IMG/VR virus record: IMGVR_UViG_3300012942_000023
Coordinates: 1 to 38,583 of that record
Length of the DNA stretch: 38,583 nt
DNA from: a virus
Taxonomy: Duplodnaviria; Caudoviricetes
Reading direction: 5' to 3' (one strand)
Part shown: piece by piece, positions 34,116 through 38,583 of the stretch
Position numbering within the stretch: position 1 is the stretch's first letter
Layout: each line of letters begins with the position of its first letter
The notes under the pieces: generated by a model
Databases searched by the model: none
Told to the model about the DNA's origin: nothing
What the model saw: only the letters and a program-made list of their open reading frames with translations
Position numbers and translations under genes: made by a program

Positions 34116-34681
34116 ACGCCAAGGAATCGCTGGCGACCCTGAACCTGATCGCCCAAGTCCATCCGCAGGTGCTCCCGGCCAACGAGATGGACCGCACCGC
34201 CAAGGCCGTGGTGTGGGCGTCGCTGCTGGACGACGTCGCCCCGGACACGGCGCTGCGGATCGTCCGGGACTTGCTGCGCACCCAGACGCCGACCGGGATC
34301 ACGCCCGGCCTGATCCGGGATGTGGCGAACCGGCAGTGGAAGTCCCCGGAGCTGCCCCGCTCGACCCCGTCGGCGAACGCCACGTCGTGGGTCCGCAAGT
34401 GGGCGCAGGAACGCGCCAAGGCCCGCGAGGAGTCGGTTGCCCGCAAGACGGCGGTCGAGCGCCACGCTGATCTGCGGGACCGCTACTGCGCCGAGTTTGG
34501 GTGTCGTCGGCATTCGGGCAAGGACCCGGCGGCGGTGTGCTCGTTCGCCTGCTGGAACGGCTACGTCCCGCCGGCGACGGTTCCGGGCGAGAAGCACGAG
34601 GTCGTCAACCATTCGCGGGCCCGCAAGTTCCTCGTGGAGTTGGTCGAGGAAGCGCAGATGCGATCGGAAATGGTCGCGTGA
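34112..34681 (+). CDS. Putative helicase loader/inhibitor-like protein
   Basis: Follows the initiator; AVVWASLLDDV..ALRIV..ITPGLIR; GGAGG RBS. Confidence 0.55.
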   Translation: MNAKESLATLNLIAQVHPQVLPANEMDRTAKAVVWASLLDDVAPDTALRIVRDLLRTQTPTGITPGLIRDVANRQWKSPELPRSTPSANATSWVRKWAQERAKAREESVARKTAVERHADLRDRYCAEFGCRRHSGKDPAAVCSFACWNGYVPPATVPGEKHEVVNHSRARKFLVELVEEAQMRSEMVA

Positions 34682-34995
34682 CGTCGGCGCTCAGAGCCTC
34701 TGAAACTTCGCTACCCCTACAGAACTACCAGGAAGGCCTAAAAGTGGCTGAGATTTTTTCCCGTGCTGCGGGAATCGGCACTCGTGAAGCGATCCGGTGC
34801 GGCGGATGCGACCAAACGTGGTCGGGGGTGAGCCGCTGCCACTGCTCGGCCTGCCACCTGACGTTGAGTAGAGCCAGCGCGTTCGACGCCCACATCCGCC
34901 GAGGCGGCGTTCACGTCCATCCGTCCGAGGTGGGGCTGGAGCTGCGCGACGGAATCTGGCGCCACCCCGGCACCTCCGAAGGGGTCTGGTCGTGA
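34678..34995 (+). CDS. FDxHR-type zinc-binding protein
   Basis: CGGCDQTWSG..CHCSACH..AFDAH; start uncertain (34678 or 34744). Confidence 0.65.
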   Translation: MTSALRASETSLPLQNYQEGLKVAEIFSRAAGIGTREAIRCGGCDQTWSGVSRCHCSACHLTLSRASAFDAHIRRGGVHVHPSEVGLELRDGIWRHPGTSEGVWS

Positions 34996-35297
34996 GGCCC
35001 GACGTCGACGAGGATGTGTTCACGGACGCCGTGATCGAGCTGGCCATGATCCAGGGATGGCGGGTCGCGCATTTCCGGCCGGCGAAGACAGCCAAGGGAT
35101 ACCGAACGCCAATGCAGGGGCACGTGGGCTGGCCCGACCTGGCGTTGGCGAAAGGCGGCCGGTTCATCGCAGCCGAGTTGAAGTCGGCGCGAGGGAAGCC
35201 GTCGAACGAGCAACTGGACTGGCTGGCCGCCCTCGGCGACCACGGCCGGCTCTGGCGCCCGTCAGACATTCGAGAGATCGAGGAGACCCTGCGATGA
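34992..35297 (+). CDS. VRR-NUC domain nuclease
   Basis: GWRVAH..GWPDL..AELK..QLDWL..WRPSD. Confidence 0.88.
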   Translation: MRPDVDEDVFTDAVIELAMIQGWRVAHFRPAKTAKGYRTPMQGHVGWPDLALAKGGRFIAAELKSARGKPSNEQLDWLAALGDHGRLWRPSDIREIEETLR

Positions 35298-35788
35298 GCA
35301 CAGGATTCGGCAGCTACTCGCCGTGGACCGAACGTCAGCTGGAGGCCGAGCGCGCCCTGCTGGCGAAGGCGTCGGCGAACATGATCGGCGAGATTCACCG
35401 GCGCCGCTTCGACGGCCGCCTGACCCGCGAGGCCGCCATGGAGCTCCTGGACATCCTCGGTCTTGCCCCCGCGCCGCCCGCTGAGCGCCAGAATCCCGGC
35501 CTGACGCCCCCGACCGCGGGTGATGACACCCCGGAACCGGCAGAGACGCTCTCAGGGCCTCCGTGCCGTCACTGCGGCAAGCCCACACCCGTCCACCGCG
35601 ACGGCAAGGCACGCCAATTCTGCTCGACCCGCTGCTACGCGGACTGGCGGACCGGCATGGATCTCCAGCCGTGCGGCACCATGGCCGCGGTCCGGCGGCA
35701 TCAACGCAACCACGAGCCGCTGTGTCTGGCGTGCAAGCAGGCCCGGACCGACTATCGGCGCGGCATCGCAGAACGCCGGGCGTCATGA
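35294..35788 (+). CDS. Zinc-finger protein
   Basis: CRHCG..FCSTRC and PCGTMAAVRRH..EPLCLAC. Confidence 0.7.
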   Translation: MSTGFGSYSPWTERQLEAERALLAKASANMIGEIHRRRFDGRLTREAAMELLDILGLAPAPPAERQNPGLTPPTAGDDTPEPAETLSGPPCRHCGKPTPVHRDGKARQFCSTRCYADWRTGMDLQPCGTMAAVRRHQRNHEPLCLACKQARTDYRRGIAERRAS

Positions 35789-36081
35789 AGCTCTATCTCG
35801 CGGGTCCGATGACTGGCTACCCAGACTTCAACCGCCCAGCATTCAAGGCGGCGGCCGAGGCGCTGCGGGGCCGCGGCTACTGCGTGGTGAATCCGGCTGT
35901 GGGCTCGAATGACGATTGGACGTGGGACCGGTGCATGCGGCTGGCGGTCAAAAGGATGATGAAATGCGAGGGCGTGGCCATGCTGGACGGCTGGGAGCGG
36001 TCGAATGGGGCGTGTATCGAGCACGACCTGGCGCGGTCGTTGGGTTGGCCGGTCAAGGCCGTCGAATGGTGGCTGACGTGA
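35785..36081 (+). CDS. DUF4406 (nucleoside deoxyribosyltransferase-like) protein
   Basis: MKLYLAGPMTGYPDFNRPAF..VNPA..LDGWERSNGACIEH. Confidence 0.88.
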   Translation: MKLYLAGPMTGYPDFNRPAFKAAAEALRGRGYCVVNPAVGSNDDWTWDRCMRLAVKRMMKCEGVAMLDGWERSNGACIEHDLARSLGWPVKAVEWWLT

Positions 36082-36221
36082 CCGACGACCACATCATTGA
36101 GCACGTCGCCTACATCTATCAATGCCCGTGCGGGTGGATGTCTGACGACTACGAGGACCGGCGGGACGCCCGGAATGCGGGCGCGGAGCATCGGATCGAA
36201 GAACACGAGGAGGACGGGTGA
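36078..36221 (+). CDS. Small C2H2-like protein
   Basis: GTGA coupling at both ends; CPCGW..H..H. Confidence 0.55.
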   Translation: MTDDHIIEHVAYIYQCPCGWMSDDYEDRRDARNAGAEHRIEEHEEDG

Positions 36222-37141
36222 ACGTCCTCTCTCTGTTTTCGGGCATCGGCGGCCTGGAGCTGGGCCTGGAGCGGGCCGGGATGACGACGGTGGGCCAGGT
36301 GGAGATCGACCCGTTCTGCCGGCGGGTGCTCGCGAAGCATTGGCCGGATGTGCCGCGTCATGACGACGTTCGAACGGCCGCCGAGTGGTGGCTGTCTACA
36401 GAAAGGCCGACCGTTGACATCATCTGCGGAGGATTCCCGTGTCAAGACATCTCTGCTGCCGGGAAGCGGGCCGGGATCGTCCACGGCGAGCGATCGTCCC
36501 TGTGGTCGTTCATGGCGGACGCCGTTCGCCGAATACGACCCCGGTACGTGCTCGTGGAGAACGTCTCAGCGATCCTTGTTCGAGACAAACACGGATTCAT
36601 CCCAATTGAGATCGTCGCTGGAGACCTGGCCGCGCTCGGGTATGATCTGCGCTGGGATTGCGTACCAGCGGCGTCCCTCGGCGCCCCTCACCGCCGTGAC
36701 AGGTGGTTCGGGATTGCCTTGGCCGACGCCGACGGCGCGGGACTGGAAAGGCCCAGGACGCGGGTGCGACCTGCCGAGAGCGGTCAGGGACCGGGAGATG
36801 TGGCCGACGCCAAGAGCCTCGGACGGGACGCACGGTGGACGGGTGACGCCGAGGAAGAGCCGCGATGGCGGGAATCTGATCGAGGCCGTGTCGGCGAGAA
36901 CGATCTGGCCGACGCCTACCGCGTCCCGTCGTTCGGGTCTCCAATCGCATGGGGACAACGCCATCCTTGGCCAGCTGAACCCGACGTGGGTCGAGTGGTT
37001 GATGGGTCTGCCTCTCGGCTGGACGGACGTCGACGCAGAGCCAGAATCCACGCCCTCGGCAACGCGGTCGTCCCGCAGGTCGCGGAGCACATCGGACGAA
37101 TGATCATGCAGTTTGACCACGAACACGAGGAGGAGCAGTGA
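36218..37141 (+). CDS. DNA cytosine-5 methyltransferase, alpha-type polypeptide
   Basis: Motif I LFSGIGG, IV GGFPCQ, VI ENV, VIII PHRRDR, X LGNAVVP. Confidence 0.95.
   Translation: MNVLSLFSGIGGLELGLERAGMTTVGQVEIDPFCRRVLAKHWPDVPRHDDVRTAAEWWLSTERPTVDIICGGFPCQDISAAGKRAGIVHGERSSLWSFMADAVRRIRPRYVLVENVSAILVRDKHGFIPIEIVAGDLAALGYDLRWDCVPAASLGAPHRRDRWFGIALADADGAGLERPRTRVRPAESGQGPGDVADAKSLGRDARWTGDAEEEPRWRESDRGRVGENDLADAYRVPSFGSPIAWGQRHPWPAEPDVGRVVDGSASRLDGRRRRARIHALGNAVVPQVAEHIGRMIMQFDHEHEEEQ
36348..37103 (+). CDS. Nested +1-frame ORF: methyltransferase beta-type polypeptide (TRD repeats + motif IX)
   Basis: 3x WPTPxA and GQLNPTWVEWLMGLPLGWT; true start uncertain. Confidence 0.75.
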   Translation: MCRVMTTFERPPSGGCLQKGRPLTSSAEDSRVKTSLLPGSGPGSSTASDRPCGRSWRTPFAEYDPGTCSWRTSQRSLFETNTDSSQLRSSLETWPRSGMICAGIAYQRRPSAPLTAVTGGSGLPWPTPTARDWKGPGRGCDLPRAVRDREMWPTPRASDGTHGGRVTPRKSRDGGNLIEAVSARTIWPTPTASRRSGLQSHGDNAILGQLNPTWVEWLMGLPLGWTDVDAEPESTPSATRSSRRSRSTSDE

Positions 37142-37551
37142 GCGACTACAAGTTTGAGATAGGGCAGCGGGTGACCTGCGGCAGCTCCAACTGCACCGTG
37201 ACGCACCGCTACCTGTCTGTGAACGGCCACCGAGAGTACATGGTCCGGTGGGATGGGAATAATTGGGAGATTAACCGGTATGAGTCGCAGCTCAAGCCTG
37301 CCCAGCTCCGTCGTGGTGATGTGGTGCAACGTGAGCAGGCCGGCAGTATTCCGCGTTGGGCGATAGTCCGGTCCAACAATGGACATGGGGCGACGTACCG
37401 ACGGTCGGCTAGCGACGGCATGGTGTTGCATGCCAGTCCAGGTGCCTGCCGGCATTCCAACAATCACGCGTGCTCATGCTGCGATTTCGACGGGTATTAC
37501 GCGGACAAGTATCGGGAGCAGTGCCCGTGGTGGGTGGCCGACGATGAGTGA
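37138..37551 (+). CDS. Hypothetical protein
   Basis: GGAGGAG RBS; GTGA coupled; KFEIGQRV SH3-like start. Confidence 0.65.
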   Translation: MSDYKFEIGQRVTCGSSNCTVTHRYLSVNGHREYMVRWDGNNWEINRYESQLKPAQLRRGDVVQREQAGSIPRWAIVRSNNGHGATYRRSASDGMVLHASPGACRHSNNHACSCCDFDGYYADKYREQCPWWVADDE

Positions 37552-37756
37552 GCTAGCGGACCGGCACAATCCGTGCCCCGGCAGCGTCGGGTTCATGATG
37601 TTCGAGCATTGGGAAGGCGAGTATCTCCTGTCGGTCGCGTCTGTTCCGGACGGGATGCGCCTTGAGCCTGGTGATGTGATCATCAAGCGGACGTGGGCTC
37701 CGGCTGGTGAGCCGATCGTCTACAACGAGGCGAGGTTGACCGACGATGGCGACTGA
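37544..37756 (+). CDS. Hypothetical protein
   Basis: Overlap-coupled small ORF. Confidence 0.55.
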   Translation: MSELADRHNPCPGSVGFMMFEHWEGEYLLSVASVPDGMRLEPGDVIIKRTWAPAGEPIVYNEARLTDDGD

Positions 37757-37934
37757 GCTGCGGGGCCGGGTTTGGCAGTCGAGATTCTGGCCGGGCGTGT
37801 GGATGTGGTCGATATTCAACCCGAAGGTGTACCACGTCGCACGAGCGTACCGATGGGGCGAGGCATACACCCAGTCGGCGGCGATGGACGCCGCCCGTGA
37901 GGCGATACGGAAGGAGCAGGAACGTGGCGAGTGA
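37746..37934 (+). CDS. Hypothetical protein
   Basis: GAGG RBS; overlap-coupled. Confidence 0.55.
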   Translation: MATELRGRVWQSRFWPGVWMWSIFNPKVYHVARAYRWGEAYTQSAAMDAAREAIRKEQERGE

Positions 37935-38181
37935 ACTGGATTTGACGGAGGCGATCCGAGCTGGATGCGACGGGTGGGAGGGAGACTATTCCGTTACCTC
38001 GGCTATCGAGGCTGCTGCCCCGATCATCGAGCGGCAAGTGAGGGAGCAGATCACCAATCGCATTCTGGACTTGACCCCATACAACTGTGAGCTTCGGCCC
38101 GACGGGTCGGAAGACCCGATAAGGGCGGCGTATGCCGAGGCTGTCCGTGAGGCCGTAGAGATTGCGAGGGGTGAGCGGTGA
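37924..38181 (+). CDS. Hypothetical protein
   Basis: AGGAG RBS; AIEAAAPIIERQVREQI..AVEIARG pattern. Confidence 0.65.
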   Translation: MASELDLTEAIRAGCDGWEGDYSVTSAIEAAAPIIERQVREQITNRILDLTPYNCELRPDGSEDPIRAAYAEAVREAVEIARGER

Positions 38182-38357
38182 CCCAGCCAGTGCAGGTGTG
38201 CCAGCTCTGCGGTGAGTTCGTGGTCGTGGTTCCAGACGGCCGTGGTTTTCCGCCCGACATCGCTAAGCGGAAGTTGAAGAAGCAATGCAAGGCGCGAGGG
38301 TGCCCGTCTGATCCGTTTGATCTGACCGGATTGTTGAGGGGTGAGCAGGATGGATGA
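38178..38357 (+). CDS. 59-aa Cys-containing protein (VTQPVQVCQLCGEF...)
   Basis: Hand-translated; GTGA coupled. Confidence 0.55.
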   Translation: MTQPVQVCQLCGEFVVVVPDGRGFPPDIAKRKLKKQCKARGCPSDPFDLTGLLRGEQDG

Positions 38358-38559
38358 CGAGACAGAATACCGGGTCGAGTACCAGATCACGCGACGGCTG
38401 CCTGGCGAGGACGACTTCACGGAAATCGGGTTTGGCTCCTCGGGCGCATGGAGCAGCATCGACATGTGCGTCCACATAGTCGGCTCTGCGGTGCAGAACG
38501 GCGAGTGGGAGACGGAGCCGGGGATGCCGTTGCCAAAGGAAGTGATCTGGGATGCCTGA
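38350..38559 (+). CDS. Hypothetical protein (runs through the terminal repeat)
   Basis: ORF 38341..38559; its stop equals positions 97-99. Confidence 0.65.
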   Translation: MDDETEYRVEYQITRRLPGEDDFTEIGFGSSGAWSSIDMCVHIVGSAVQNGEWETEPGMPLPKEVIWDA

Positions 38560-38583
38560 CATCGTGGAGCAGGTGGCGCGGGC
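38461..38583. repeat. Terminal direct repeat, copy 2
   Basis: Identical to 1-123. Confidence 0.97.

Noticed and set aside
38461-38583. Biological terminal repeat (T7-like ends)
   Set aside because: It falls mid-gene, far from the terminase/HNH region; an assembler overlap is more likely.

Overview
The window is a complete, circularly permuted genome of a temperate, high-GC actinobacterial siphovirus. Bases 1-123 equal 38461-38583, so the unit length is 38,460 bp. From ~2.9 kb the order is HNH, terS, terL, portal, MuF/maturation protein, scaffold, capsid, neck genes, major tail, frameshifted chaperones, tape measure and baseplate genes. Next come a lysis cassette (membrane protein, membrane-anchored collagen-like protein, CHAP-LysM endolysin, holin), a second block of fibre/adhesin genes and a non-canonical tRNA-Ser(CGA)-like gene. 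A leftward operon holds repressor, small tyrosine integrase and lipoprotein. The rightward early region carries a Cro/Xis-like HTH, antirepressor, RecE/RecT-like pair, replication initiator with internal iterons, VRR-NUC, DUF4406, C5 methyltransferase and many small ORFs. Most notable: (1) an 8/4-fold tRNA-Ser-like RNA with C33; (2) a hairpin after the major tail gene whose loop is complementary to the leader of the major tail gene and to the initiation region of the chaperone gene, a candidate RNA switch; (3) attP inside the repressor gene, ahead of an ssrA-like tail (integration-dependent immunity); (4) a methyltransferase with a nested alternative-frame subunit; (5) a Mom-like gene flanked by 23-bp direct repeats. 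All calls come from reading motifs and synteny by eye; no searches were run.
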